Assembly (NCBI RefSeq): GCF_006345805.1
Contig: NC_043001.1
Location: 100,316,001-100,380,000 of the forward strand
DNA length: 64,000 nt
From: Octopus sinensis
Lineage: Eukaryota
Direction of reading: 5' to 3'
Shown here one piece after another: positions 35,511 to 49,099 of this stretch. The notes beneath the pieces were generated by a model, which was given only the letters and a program-made list of their open reading frames with translations, was not told the DNA's origin and ran no database searches. Position 1 is the stretch's first letter; every line of letters starts with the position of its first letter. A program made the translations under genes and the position numbers.

Positions 35511-38284
35511 ACTTGTTCTCAGTCCCCTATCAACAAACACTGTATTTCTTTCATTGGTTCTTAGCTTCTTCATCAGATTGACTTGGTTCTGGTTGTTATT
35601 TTGGACACAAAGGAAATTCAGACTCTCAGGAGAAGATTTTATTGTGAGGGTCTCCAGAATCCAGCATACCTTCACACTAGCATTTTTTCGTTTTTTGTGC
35701 TGTCCCTGCTGGTTTTCCACCTTTCCAGGCCTATCTTTTCTCTGCCAGTATTAAGAAGGAACAGTTGCCCAGAGCCTTTTTTTTTCTTGATACTTTATCT
35801 CAATGATCCCTGGTGAAAGTTGTAGCAAGGATTCACTCTGGTTCTCCTTGAAGTTTCCTTCAAAAGGGCTGTTGAAGCAGTTGTAGCAGAAGCAGTCAGG
35901 GGTCACCAGCTGTTTGCCTCTCCTTCTTCTCTGCTTTTTTTTTCTCTCTCTGGACTCTTGTTCTAATGTACTTCTCACTTCCGCATGTTCAGCAGCTTTT
36001 CTTCCCTGCACCTCTATTCTAACCGATCTTTTCTCAGCTCCTGTTATGTAGTGTAATTTCATCATAACCTAATGGACTTTGGGATGCTAAATACCAGGAT
36101 ATCTATCTAGACCCAACTTTTCCACATGTTGTGATGATACACCAGCATACAACAACATCATCCTATAGAGCCACGAAGTGGATTAAAAGCCAAGGGTCAG
36201 TAACTGTCACCATGTCTCTGATCATGACTGTTGCATTACTATGTTTCTTTTGTCCATGTTCTGTGACACCATTCTGTGAGAAGGCACATGGCACACGAGC
36301 TCTGTCTGCCTCACTCTTATATAACAGCCAAATGCTTCCTTATGCCCTGTTCAAGTTACATTTATCCTTCAGAACCCAGGCCAGGGCTCTTGCTAATCCC
36401 TTTTTGAGGACATATCAAAACTACATTGATCGTCTGGAAAACAGTGGTATACCCCTTTTTACTCATTCTTGAAGCCTCTTTGGGCAAGCAGTACCTCTTT
36501 CATAACTTTTCTTTTATTTCGAACGGTCTCGTGTCTATTTCAGGTTTGTAATTCTAGCGTAAAGATGAAAGGATCTTTTTCCTGCAGCTGTTCTTATTGT
36601 CATTTGAATTTGTTTTTTCACCACTTTTTACTTTCATGCCTCTCAAATAATAACTATTTCTGCTTAAAATTTTGATTGTTCAATTTTTATATTGTTTTTC
36701 TGTTTTTTGTTAAAATCTGTCACTGTGTTTAGAAAATATAATGTTGGGGAATATTCCCTCATATCGCATAAATGGCCAGCACCAGTTCTTAAAGAAGAGT
36801 TAAATATAGCAGAGATGGCTATATTTTAACTACAACACAAAGTGAAAATGAATATGTTTGCAGAAATAATGCACACAATAAAATATCTCATGATTAACTG
36901 TCTTTTCTACCCCAGGTAATGGAGTGTATTCTGGAAAATTCCAATATCTTTTGCTGCTGGCAAAAGAAGCAAATAACAAATATTTTTTCCTTTTGAAAAT
37001 CCTGAAAGAAATGATTGTTAAAATGGAGGATGTAAACAGATAACTCATAAGTAAACAACAGTGAAAAGAAAATGAAGGATGATGATGATGATGATTCTTT
37101 CAAATTACTGACTCAAGGTCAGTAATTTGAGGGGAGGGGACAGGGAGTTTACATCAACTCCAGTATTTGACTAGTTCTCTATTTTATTGATCCTGAAAGA
37201 ATGAAAGGCAAAGTTGAGCCTGTGGGGTTTTGAACTCAGAACCTAAAGACATGGAAGAAATATCACAAGGAATTTTGTTTGACGCACCAACTTCTCCAAT
37301 CTGAAACTTTCCATCATTGATCTTTAAGTTGTGATTTTTGACTCATATTGTATTTCTAAGAATGGACAACTTTAGGCGATGGAACTGTTAATTAAATTGA
37401 TTGATATTATCTTAATTTTAAATCAAAACTAACTCTAGGTTTGATTTGAACTCAAAACCTAAAAAGAGCTACCAAAATATTGACATCATTGCCATCATCT
37501 TCATCATCCTCATTGTCATCATCATCATCATCATCATCATCATCAACATCCTTTTCCTTTTAGCTTCAATTCATCTTTTCTCTTTTACTTCCTTTTCCCT
37601 CTTTCTCACTTTAATGTCTCTACACCTTTCCTTCCTTTTCTTATTCATCTAAAACTTATTATCTCTTTACTTTTGTCTTTGCCCAGTTTTGTTTACCTTT
37701 GTTTTTATTTGTTTGCTAGTTTTTTTCTGATTATTTCTTGTTTAAGTCATTGGAGTGCTGCCATGCTGGAGCACTGCCTTCAAGAAATTTAAGTCAAATG
37801 GCGTGATTCCACCCAGCACTTATCAATTCTTTTTAAAGCCTGATACTTATTCTATTGATTGCAGGGATGTAAACACACCATCACTGGTTGTCAATTAGTG
37901 GTGGGGGACAAACACAGATACAAAGACAGACAGACAGACACACACACACACACAGTCGCCATATTCCTTTCCTTATTAGCTAATTCTGATGAGTGTAAAG
38001 TTATATAATCAGATTGTTGCCAAACACTCCATTGAATTCTTTAGGCAAAACAAATTGGTAAAACCAACTGTGATGGATATCTAATACTATAGATTTTGGA
38101 TAACATTTATATCTATAATATAAATGTAACAGAAGCACAATTAAAGGTTACAAACCTCATCAAGGGATAGCAGAATCCTATGAAAGCACTGGTTAGTTAC
38201 CTATACAAAGAGTATTGAACATTCTATTTAATACTCAACTGCAAGGTAACTATAGAAAATCTGGTTTATATATATATTATTTAT

Positions 38285-38775
38285 TATAATAGTAAGATGA
38301 GAGAATGGAAAGGTAATTAATAAATTATTATTTATTAATTAAAAAAATTGACAAACATCTCTTACAGCTGTTTCAATTCAGGCTCTCAGAAAACGAATTA
38401 ATTAAACAAAAATTATTTGAAAGTCAAATCCTTTCAGAGGTAGATAAAGGTATAAAGGTACATGAGCTTTATTATACTTAACACTCCAGATGAAGATATT
38501 ATTTTACAACTCCATTATACACAGCCTTACTCCCCTGCTAAGGGCTTTACCATTTGTATACTATGCTCTTGATGTATAATTTTTTATTAGTTAACAGTTT
38601 GCAATATGAGGAAATTGATCTCCTACTTTGTCTACCTCTGAAGAGATTTGACCTTCAAATAATTCTTAATTTTCTGAGAACTTGAATTGAAACAGCTGTA
38701 AAGGATGTTTGTCAATTTTTTAATTAATAAATTAATAATTCATTAATTACCTTTCTATTCTCTCATCTTATTATA

Positions 38776-38778
<3 letters not shown>
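38285..38778. mobile_element. PLE-like inverted-repeat element (arms ~38285-38450 and ~38625-38778)
   Basis: taagatgagagaatggaaaggtaattaa... versus ...ttaattacctttctattctctcatctta; (TA)n at both ends; hammerhead core in the arms. Confidence 0.7.
38634..38705 (+). ncRNA. Hammerhead-like motif
   Basis: CTGAAGA (38638-38644) ... GAAA-CAGCTG-TA, palindromic stem III ACAGCTGT; stems I and II weak. Confidence 0.5.
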
Positions 38779-38822
<44 letters not shown>

Positions 38823-39129
38823 TGTATGTATGTATGTATGCCTGACATTTTGCCACCATCTCTATCCTGCAGTCTCCCACTCTTTCTTTCCTTCTCCTGC
38901 ACTTCTTTCAGGTAGAGTAACCATGTGCTTCCTTTGCGGTAGTGCAACTGTTTCTGCCTTCATTCCTGATCTCTGTCTCTGTGTCTCTCCCCCCCTCTCT
39001 CTCTCTCTCTCCGGCTGGGTAACCTTGTACCTCCTCTACAGCAAGACACCTGTTTCTCTCTCTCTGTCTCACTATAACCTTTCATCATCCAACACAAGAT
39101 CACCTCCTTCCCTCTTGAAAGTTTCTTTT

Positions 39130-39455
39130 TTTTGTCTTGCAAGTACTTGGTTACCCTGTCAGTGCAGGTGCCACTTAAAAAAGCACCCAGTCCACACTGT
39201 AAAGTGGTTGGTGTTTGGAAGGGCATTCAGCTGTAAAAAAATGTCAAAACTGACCTCGCCTGTGCTGGTGCGATGTAAAAAGCACTAAGTCCACTCTGCT
39301 GAGTGGTTGGTGTTAGGAAGAGCATCCAGTGTAAATATCCTGCCAAAACAGTCACAGAAGTCAGGTGCAGGCCTCTGACTGGTTTGCGCTTGTAAAATTG
39401 TCCCACCCATGCTAGCATGGAAGGTGGACCTTAATTTACGATGACAACAATGATG
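39130..39455 (+). mobile_element. RTE LINE 3' UTR copy
   Basis: Homology to 13635-14100. Confidence 0.8.
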
Positions 39456-39479
39456 ATATATATATATATATAAATACAT

Positions 39480-39660
39480 GTACACTCACACACACACACA
39501 CACACACATGCAACTGGTTTCTTTCAGTTTCTATCAACCAAATCCACTCCGAAGACTTTAGCCGGCCTGTGTCAAAAGCAGAAGTCCCATGCAGTGGGAC
39601 TGAACCCATAACCATGTGGTTGACAAGCAAACTTCTTACCACACAGCCACACCTGCACCA
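39480..39660 (-). mobile_element. SINE family A, 5' half
   Basis: Reverse complement of the SINE A head. Confidence 0.85.
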
Positions 39661-40622
39661 ACATAGTTTTATTTATCTATTTAGATTTCTTCTTCTTCTT
39701 CTTCTTGCTGCTGCTGCTGTGTTTGTTACACAAAATGGTTCAAATTAGATTTTAATTAACTGCCAAACTTCCAAAATTTTTAAAATAATTGATAAAAGCA
39801 AAATATAATTTAATTACAATATTTTGTTTAATCATATTGATGATGAGGAGGAGAAGGATGAGAAAGAGGCAGAAGAAAAGGAAAGAAGCTATGGAGAAAG
39901 TAAGGATGATGGTGATGATGACGATGATGGTAATGATGATAATGATGATGATTAAGAAGAGAAGGAGGAGGCTGAGGAGGAGGATGATGGGTTGATGTGG
40001 AGGATAATGTTGACAACAACAATAACAAGCGTTATGATGACGTTGGTGATGAGGATGATGGCAATGCTCTGGTTGGTGATGATGATGATGATGATGAGGC
40101 TTGATACTCTTGATGCAAAGTGCTTGAAATATTCAGAGCAACCTGGAATAAATCCTTATAGACTTGAGATGACCAAGTGAATATCAACAACATAGGCATT
40201 ACAAGGATGGGCAGAAATGTTCAGAGGTTAACTATGAAGCTGGGAAATCTTGCATACATTAATTTCAACCCTTCTTATTAATAACACCTTTGTTTCTTTC
40301 TAGGTGAATTGACACCTGACTGTTCAAAGAGGACTTCAAACATAACTAGTAGTGGCTTCTTTTGAAAATGGATAAAATTGTGCTATTATCAAGTATGTGG
40401 TGAGAATGAATACAGCAAATGAATAACCCAGATTGAAATAAAAAAATGAATGTGTATGTAACGAGAGGAAGAGATAAACAGGTACATGTGTGCGTGTGTA
40501 CATATATATATATCTGTGTGTGTGTGTGTGTGTGTGTTGTGTGTGGTGTGTGTGTGTGTGTATATATATATGTGTGTGTGTGTATATGTGGATATACATA
40601 TATATATATATATATTATATAT

Positions 40623-40708
<86 letters not shown>

Positions 40709-40801
40709 TATATATATATATATTCCTGAGTGTTAAACTAATATACTTACTTGTCGTTCCTACGCTTGTCTTCATCTTTTGTTTCCTGTAAATTTGAACC
40801 A

Positions 40802-40837
<36 letters not shown>

Positions 40838-41014
40838 TGTATGTATGTATGTATGTATGTATATGTATAATATGTATATATATATAATATGTAGATATAT
40901 ATATATATAATATATAACGGGAAGCTTTATGAAAATAAACAAAAGACGAAGGCAGGTGGAAAACAAACGAACAATTGTATTAGTATGGCGCTCAGGAAAT
41001 ATAAATAAAACAAG

Positions 41015-41052
41015 TCTTTAACGTTTCGAGCCTACGCTCTTCAACAGAAAGA
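41015..41052 (-). ncRNA. Minimal type I hammerhead-like motif
   Basis: TCTTT-CTGTTGA-A-GAGC gtag GCTC-GAAA-CG-TT-AAAGA: 5-bp stem I, 4-bp stem II, palindromic AACGTT stem III; variant core CUGUUGA. Confidence 0.65.
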
Positions 41053-41219
41053 TACACAGAGAGAGAAAACACAGAAAGAAGGAGAGAAAAAAATTCGTGC
41101 AGTAGCTAACGAATCAACATGGCGATCTGATTTCGCCAGAGGTCAAAGATCAAACATGAGATGCGAGAGCGAAATAAGGGGAGATAATAGGGTTGATAAA
41201 GGGTTGAGGGACCAGCTAA

Positions 41220-41524
41220 TAGTGCGTAGGAGGGTCTGGATGTGTGTATGTATAGGTTGGTGTATGTATTAGTATGTATAAGGGTGTGGTGTGTGTGTGT
41301 GTGTGTATGAGAGAGTATTAGTGCGTAGATTGTTCTGGACGTGCGTATGTATGGGGTTGGTGTATGTATTAGTATGTATTAGTAGTATTGGTATGTATAA
41401 GTGTGTGTGTGTGTGTATGAGAGAGTATAAGTGCGTATGCGGGGTCTGGACGTTGTATGTATAGGGTTGGTGCATGTATTAGTATGTACTAGTATGTATT
41501 AGTACGTATTAGTATGTATTAGTT
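41220..41524. repeat. Minisatellite, ~3 units of ~100 bp with TATGTATTAG sub-repeats
   Basis: agtgcgta..tctgga..tatgtat..ggttggtg..tgtattagtatgta recurs three times. Confidence 0.8.
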
Positions 41525-41865
41525 GGTGTGTGTATTAGTATGGCACATCATATGTGATGTGATGTGTAAAGTCATGTGGTGTAGTGAGGAGAAGAGGGGG
41601 AGGGGAGAAGGGGGAGGGGAAGAGAGGAGGAGAAGGGGTGAAGAGGAGAGGATGGGGAGGAGGGGGATGAAGGAGGAAAGAGGGGAGGGGGAGAGAGAAG
41701 GGAGAGAGGGAGTGAGGGAGCAGAGGGAAGGGGAAGAGGGAGGGAGAAGAGGGAAGAAGGGAAGGGGAGTAGGGGTGAAAGGATGAAGGACTGAAGAAGT
41801 AGGAGTCGGGGGGAAAGGATAGGTGAGGAGGGGGGAGAGGGGGGGTTAGATGAGGAGGGGGGAGA

Positions 41866-42123
41866 GTTGAGACCAAATGGCGTATAAGAGCGAAGAGAGA
41901 AGATTAATTCCTGTTCACGGCGCAAACGGGAATCCGGATGGCCTCTGTGTAAGGACAAACCGAACACAGATAGGTGTTGCAAGGAGTGACCGGTGGAGCG
42001 GAAATGGCGTGAGACTGGTGTGTCGTTCGCAAGGTGGATGTCATGAAGGTGTTCCGCGAACCGGTCAGCCAAGCGGCGTCCCGTTTGTCCGATGTACAAT
42101 GAATTGCAGAGAGAGCAAGATAT
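41866..42123 (-). pseudogene. PLE GIY-YIG endonuclease fragment
   Basis: ISCSLCNSLYIGQTGRRLADRFAEH...VSRHF...H...RLRREQELIFSL..YTPFGLN: CxxC, YIG, R, E and GLN motifs; first GIY strand truncated. Confidence 0.92.
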
Positions 42124-42550
42124 ATGTATATACATACATACACGCACATATATACATACACAAACATACATATATGCGTATACCTACACAGCATTGAAGC
42201 ATAAATGTATAAGTGGATTAAGTAGATTAAAAAGGTAGTAGATTATCAGCTTCCCTTATCCAACATTGAGATCTATTACAGATGGTTTTGGTGGGTTTCT
42301 GGGCTTGGAATTTACTTCAACATTCTTCAAATTCTCCTAACAATTGTAAACAGACACTGAAACATCTGAACATATTTTCAGTTTTGTTTTTATTTGAAAC
42401 CAGCAATAGAAAACCATTTTAAAGTACACTGTCTTTTTTTTTCCTTTAAGATCACCTTAAATCTCTAAACTATACATATTTGTATATGTTTTCATTTTTG
42501 TATTTGGTTTGCCAGATTCTTGATGTGAATTCGTGTATTGAAACAAATCT

Positions 42551-42939
42551 TGATGTATCTTATGAAGGTCATTTACACCAATGATAATAACACAAGCACT
42601 GGTTCGATATCACTTCCTTATTGTTAGTCAATTGGCTAAATATCAAACCAACTAATTAATCGATTGCTTGTTTAATCTGCTGGTTGAACAATCACTCATT
42701 TGTTTGTGAGTCAAAGCTCTTTTGTCCGACTCAGGGCAGACCTTGAAGAGAGAGAAGGAAAGCCACTGAGAAGGACTTTGACTCACAAACAACTGATTGA
42801 TTGTTTAACCAGCACATTAAATAACGATTGATTAATTAGTTGGTTAGATGTTTAACCAATTGACTGACAATAAAGAAGTGATATTGAACCAGTGCATGTG
42901 TTATTATTATTGGTGTGATGACCCTCCCAAGACACACCA
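42551..42939. mobile_element. Fold-back/MITE-like element, ~170-bp diverged inverted arms, ~50-bp spacer
   Basis: ataacacaagcactggttcgatatcacttc ... tttgtgagtcaaag versus ctttgactcacaaa ... gaagtgatattgaaccagtgcatgtgttat. Confidence 0.75.
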
Positions 42940-44413
42940 ATGTAATCGCTTATAATCGATCCCCAAATAAGTCGATGGTAACCTGTGAGCTATTCATGAG
43001 ATCACAATGCAACTCAGTTTATTGGAAACAGCAATCAAATCTCTCAGATTACACTTTGCTATCTGTAAAAGGTAAGATTATGCCATGCCAGCCATGAATG
43101 GGTCCTTCTGAAAATGGAAGAACGCTTCAGTTTACACAAGATACGTTTGGAGGCTGCAGCAAGCATCAATGTAACGTTTCCAGACAGTTTGACACATCCA
43201 TAACACACAAGAGCACAATTAAAATGCTATCCTAAAACTATTTGAGCTTCTACACATTTCCAGATAAAGATTACAAAAAAGAACCAAACAAAAACATCAG
43301 TAGACCAAGAATTTTGTTTGTCTTGAATCAAGTGAACCAATATAAAATTGTTTGATTTGCTAAAACCAAAAGTCAAATCTCAGTTTTTAGCCTATCATCC
43401 TTAAAAATACATGAATATATGAGAAAAATAACACTGAATATAACAGAAGACAGGACAGTTGCGACTTCAAGACTTTTCAGCACAGAGAAACAGTTTTATT
43501 TTCTCCCCCCCCCAAAAAAAAAACACCACCATGACAAGGTGTATGCCATGAGAAAGGATAGCTTGTCTGTCAAATGTGAAGGTGGTTTAGTAACTGCTAA
43601 TAAATATGTAAGTGAATAAATAAATAAAAAGATAAAGAAGGAAAGAAAGAAAGAACACAGAAAATGCTTAATGTTATCATGTTGGTAGATTGGTGATTGA
43701 GGAAGACTCTGACTGATTATGCAGTATTTCAACAAAGAACGGTCATGTCTTGTGAGGGAGGACAGAAAACAGAACCTGATCCTGCTTGTACAATACCTTC
43801 TCTCTACCTAAAAGTATGCAAGTAGCAGAATATACTAATGTGCAGAATACACCAGCCATTACAACAAGACTATTTGACTCTTAATTGATCGTGTGTGTGT
43901 GTGCAACACAATGTTACTTGCTCAACACAGATATGCTAGATTAGCAAAAAGTTTCTTTATTGTAAGCACCAAATGCACATCAGATCTACCTTCTTGTTCT
44001 CACACAGTGTGGCCAGTGGCAAAATAATGTCAAGACAACTGAGTCTGTATAAGAACGTGGGAGATTACTAAAGTGTCTGAAAGAATCTGCATACCTTGCA
44101 ATACTAACTTGGTGTGTGCCCAGGCCATGAAGAGATATTTACACTGCAACATAAATCGTAGTTCAACATAACAATATGTCGGCCCTTGTGCCAGTTACCT
44201 CCATTGACCTGCTACTGCCGACTTCAAAACTGTGGAGATGAAGGATTAATTATTTCTACCATGTTTCCCTTGAATGAAATGGAAACGTACCACTAAACAT
44301 CCCTACTTATATTTAATGTACATTCATGTCCATATATGGATGACCATTGATTTCCCTGAGTTCAACTATCATTTGACAAATTCTGTTTTTCATTCAGCTT
44401 GGTGTCCAAAATT

Positions 44414-44649
44414 TACCTATTTCTTTACTACCCACAAGGGGCTAAACACAGAGGGGACAAACAAGGACAGACAGACGGATTAAGTCGATTATATCGACCC
44501 CAGTGCATAACTGGTACTTATTTAATTGACCCCGAAAGGATGAAAGGCAAAGTCGATCTCAGCGGAATTTGAACTGAGAATGTAGCGGCAGACGAAATAC
44601 CGCTAAGCATTTCGCCCAACGTGCTAACGATTCTGCCAGCTCGCCGCCT
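44414..44649 (-). mobile_element. SINE family B, full length
   Basis: Minus strand aggcggcgagctggcagaatcgttagcac...gttcaaattcc...; matches 6408-6626. Confidence 0.92.
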
Positions 44650-46339
44650 TTTTTCTAAAATTTACTCTGACCCTAACCAAGCTGGTTCGGTGGTGCTGCC
44701 GGTTCTATACTACAGGCTGCGCTGCATTAGATGTCACCAGTTGTGTTTTCAAGTGAACTCACTGTAGAAACAGATACATAACAATTGTTGTGCTTCACCT
44801 GAATTTACCTTACTTGTCTCTGATTTGGCAATTAATTAAATATACCGGAATTGATTGAACAGTAGAGAGAGTGCAACATACCTAAGCTGCAACAATGCAC
44901 TCCACGCAATAAATCACTGCATGTTAGAAGCCTGGGAATATATTTAACAAGGCAGAGACCTGTTATCTCTATGCTGGAGTACTAGACTTGTCAATTGCTC
45001 ATAGTTATTTGACTATTTAGGGGCTATGGGTGTCTGTCTTCTCCAGTGAAAATGTAAATAATTAATTAACATTTCTAAATTTTCAATGATGATCTGTGCA
45101 GTCCCAAAGCTTGTTGGTTCACAGGAAAACAAGAATATCATATGACACGTTAATTTGGTAGAAACCTATTTGTCTTAAATAATTGAAGATAGAGATGAAG
45201 CTGAAATTATTTCTGTAAACGAATGAATCTCCTGCCTATTATTCCGCTGTAATGTGTCTATTCACAGACAGGTTAACCATCTGAAAGTTAAATGCCATAC
45301 AATTGATGGAATAGGAACGGTTAAATTTTGTCTTAATAATCACACATTTTATCAAATCAACCATGTAAATCTTTTTATGAGGATGACTAACACAGTCCTA
45401 TGAAAATGTTAGCAATGTAATATATAACGAGTAAACTTAACGAAGCACTCATTTAATTACATTTGATTACAGGTAGAATAATATACTATGTAATGAGGAT
45501 AATTATAATTATAACTTAACCATCGATTGTAAAACTATAATTTTAATTAATCTTGACAACTCAGAAAGTTCTTAATCAGAGAGGAGACTGTGTCTTGTTA
45601 ATCCAATTGCTCATTGCTAAACCAATGAGATTATGGATTGACAATCTGGTTGGTGCTGTTAGAACTGTAAATCTAATCACCGATAAACTTGTCATTGGTA
45701 CAGTTACATGATTTAATCGTAATTATCAAATCTCCAATGCCAGATACCCATCATTGCCTGACCAAACAGATGGCCAGTGGTGAAGCAGTAATTTTACAAA
45801 TAGACCACAGCTCTAAATGTGTAAAGATAGATTAGATGAAAGTGTGGACAGTTATTTGTGACTTAATAAATGTAGGGAGGAACAAGATAAAAGTTTAATT
45901 ACTGGTGCTATATTTGGATTAGTTTCAATGGCATCAATCACTAATAATTAAATTGGCTACTAGTCTAACTATAAACTACCAATATGCTCACTAATTAGAC
46001 AGTGCCATGACATCAGGAACGAGGACAACATAAGCCTGTCATTGTGAAATAACTAGAAAGGAAAAAGCAAATGAAGCAGTCAAAGCGATGGTGTTTCTAG
46101 AAGAATGAGTTTTAAGGATTTATGCCAGGATGAACAAACCTAGAACAAGAGGTTTTCATTTCCTCTGCTCGTAAGATATGAGTGAAATTTCCATGTAGCT
46201 TCTTCCTTCTGGTTCAAGGTAGATCACATTATTTCGCATGGTTTCAATTTGCTATCAAGAATCAGGTCGTCTTTGAATGTTCCTTGGCATTTTATCTGAG
46301 GCAAAATTTGTTTCTTCTGTACTTCACCTTTTATACCCA

Positions 46340-46488
46340 GGCACAGGTGTGATTGAGGGGTAAGCTACTTGCCTCCCAACCACACGACTCCAGGTTCAGT
46401 CCCACTTCATGACTCATTGTGTAAGTGTCTCCTATTATAGCCTCAAATCAACCAAAGCCTTGTCAGTGGATTTGGAAACTGAAAGAAT

Positions 46489-46529
<41 letters not shown>

Positions 46530-46770
46530 TGTGTGTGTGTGTGTGCGTGTGTGTATGTGTGTATGTGTTTGTCCCTAGCACCACTTCACAACTGGTGTTG
46601 ATTTGTTTATATCAAACATGACTTAGTGGTTTTGCAAAGGAGACCAATAGAATAAGTATCAGGCTTGAAAGAATCCAAGTCCTGGGGCCAATTCATTCAA
46701 CTAAAACCCTTCAAAGCAGTGCCCCAGTATGGCCACAGTCAAGTAAATGAAACAAGTAATAGGTACAAAA
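46340..46770 (+). mobile_element. SINE family A, diverged
   Basis: Colinear with 31971-32380. Confidence 0.85.
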
Positions 46771-46939
46771 AAAAAGGTAAAAAAACAAACACAAAAGGGT
46801 AAAGCTGATTGTAATTGTTGAGGACCTCGTTTCAAATAAAAGAGATGGGTTTCAGTAGGAATGAGGATTTGTCTCTTAAAAAATGCCTCATGTTGTCACC
46901 ATTGTTGAAATATTGAGATTCTGTTAGAAAACCGTTTGT

Positions 46940-47087
46940 TTAGTAAGAAGATTGCTTCTCAACCACATGGTTCCAGGTTCAATCCCACTGCGTGGCACCT
47001 TGGACAAATGTCTTCTACTATAGCCTTGGGCTGATCAAAGCCTTGTGAGTGGATTTGGTAGATGGAAACTGAAAGAAGCCTGTCGTG

Positions 47088-47134
<47 letters not shown>

Positions 47135-47365
47135 GTATGTATTTGAGTGTGTGTGTCTGTGTTTGTCCTCATCGCTTGATAACTGAAGCTGGTGTGTTTA
47201 TGTCCCTTTAACTTAGTGGTTCAGCAAAAAGACACTAATGAAATCAGCACCAGGCTTACAAAGAATAAGCCCTGGCATCGATTTCTTTGACTAACACCCT
47301 TTAAGATAGTGCTCCAGCATGGCCACAGTCAAATGACTGAAACAAGTAAAAGAATAAAAGAATAT
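46940..47365 (+). mobile_element. SINE family A
   Basis: Colinear with 31971-32380. Confidence 0.9.
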
Positions 47366-47859
47366 GCTTTAGAGAATGGAACTGAAGCATTAAAAGCCGT
47401 TCCCTGTTATTTCATTCGGGTTTAATCTGGTTATGTGCAAATGGCTGCATTGTTTATTGGTACCACGTTTGCTGCAATGATGGCAGTTAAGAAAAGTTTC
47501 AATGAATGCTATGAAGGCCCAACTCAAAAATCATAAGAATGTGTATTTGTGACATTTGCTAAAATATGAACTGAGATGAGTGAAATACCAAACATTGCAA
47601 AACTACGAAGAATGCCAAAGAAATTAAGTTTGGTCTATTGATATATGGTGGTGCCCCAGAATGGCCTTAGTCCAATGACTGAAACAAATAAATGTTAAAA
47701 TATTTCTACAGTTGAGGGGAAAAATTGTTAAATTCTTTTTTCTCAGATAATTTTCAATAAAATGTGAATAAATTTGTTTCTTACTTTTATTGTTATTTTC
47801 CGATTGATTTGCATTTTATTTCATCTCCTGGCTGAGTCTCAACCAAAAACCTAAGGAGC

Positions 47860-48620
47860 GTAAATATTAGATGAAGAGAAACTTCCTGAGAATGTGGGTG
47901 GTTGAGTCTCATAGATTGTTGCTTTTCCAGGGATCTAGTCAAACCATTTGTCAGTACCTTCCTCGATCATTCCCAAGGCACCTACAACAACAGGGTTAGT
48001 TTTGGCTTTTAATTTCCACACCTTAGATATCTCAGTCTCAAGGTCCTTATATTTTGATAATTTTTCAAATTCTTTTGCTGAGACATTTCTGTCTGTAGGC
48101 CCTGTCATATCAATTAACAAGCATGTTTTTTTCTCTTAGGTCTTTAACGACAGTGTCCCATCAGTTATCATGCATGTCTGTATGTATCCCACAATCCCAT
48201 TGGATGGTAAAATTTTCTCCCACTGTGACTGGCTCTGAACGGTGTTCATACCAGTTCTTAAGGTGTGGGATGTCATAGTGACAGCATATGCTCCAGGGCC
48301 AGTATTGGCCAACTTGATCATGCTTGGTTTTATATTCTGCAGGGGCAAGGACTGAGCAACTGGCAACAATGAGGTCAATACTCTCAAGTTATTAATTAGA
48401 GAGTCTACACTTTGTGTCTCCCTCATTATGTATGCCATTTGATTGACAGTTCCAAATGGGGAGACCCTGATCTTGTGCTGCTAGGATGAATCCTTCTGTT
48501 TCGGCTTTCAAACCAGTGCTCTGCAGCTGCTGATGGTTTCTTCTCATATCTACTTCCCAAGCTCATTTCGTGTATTGCCCATGCAATGGTTTTTCTTGCC
48601 ACAGTCTTCGTATTTCCTTC
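47860..48620 (-). mobile_element. R4/Dong-like LINE fragment with restriction-like endonuclease domain
   Basis: WQEKPLHGQY, LKAETEGFILAAQDQ, HDQV, LIDMTGPTDRNVSAKEFEKLSKYKDL..PVVVGALG. Confidence 0.85.
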
Positions 48621-49099
48621 AAGCTTACCTATTTGGCTTTTGTTTTACACTTTTTTGCTTTTTTGTTTTACTCTTAGTCGGTGGTGTGTCCTCCTTATCA
48701 TCATCATCATAACCAACGAGGTTAAGCTCTCCTCTCTATTTACATGCCTTTTTGAGACTGAGTGTATTCTGTTCATGTTACCTTACCTGTTGTATCATCC
48801 AATTGGTGTTACTTTGGATGTACATTTGAAGTCCTATCATGGCTGTTTTATAAGATGTTTCAAGCTGGATTAGACTCCTGCCTCCTTCCTTTCATGGGAG
48901 ATAGAGCCTGTGGACGTCTGATTTTGGATGGGACATTCTGTTTATTGTCAGCAAGTTCCTGGTCTCTATGTCAATATGTTGAATTTTCACTCAGATTTCA
49001 TTGATGACATAAGGCTATACTGGACAACTGCTACCATTAGGGAGTATGTAGCTGCAATCTCACAGGTGCCAACTGGATTTCCCAAATGCACCTCTGTGG

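Larger units (their letters stand above)
40918..42123 (-). mobile_element. Penelope-like retroelement, 5'-truncated (GIY-YIG, low-complexity 3' region, terminal hammerhead)
   Basis: GIY-YIG ORF fragment and a downstream minimal hammerhead on the same strand; microsatellites at both ends. Confidence 0.85.

Noticed and set aside
35550-36720. Host gene or LINE ORF1
   Set aside because: Multiple stops and no motif I can confidently assign; probably a decayed retroelement
40304-40392. Plus-strand exon candidate
   Set aside because: Stops in all three frames and a weak donor; unsupported without RNA data
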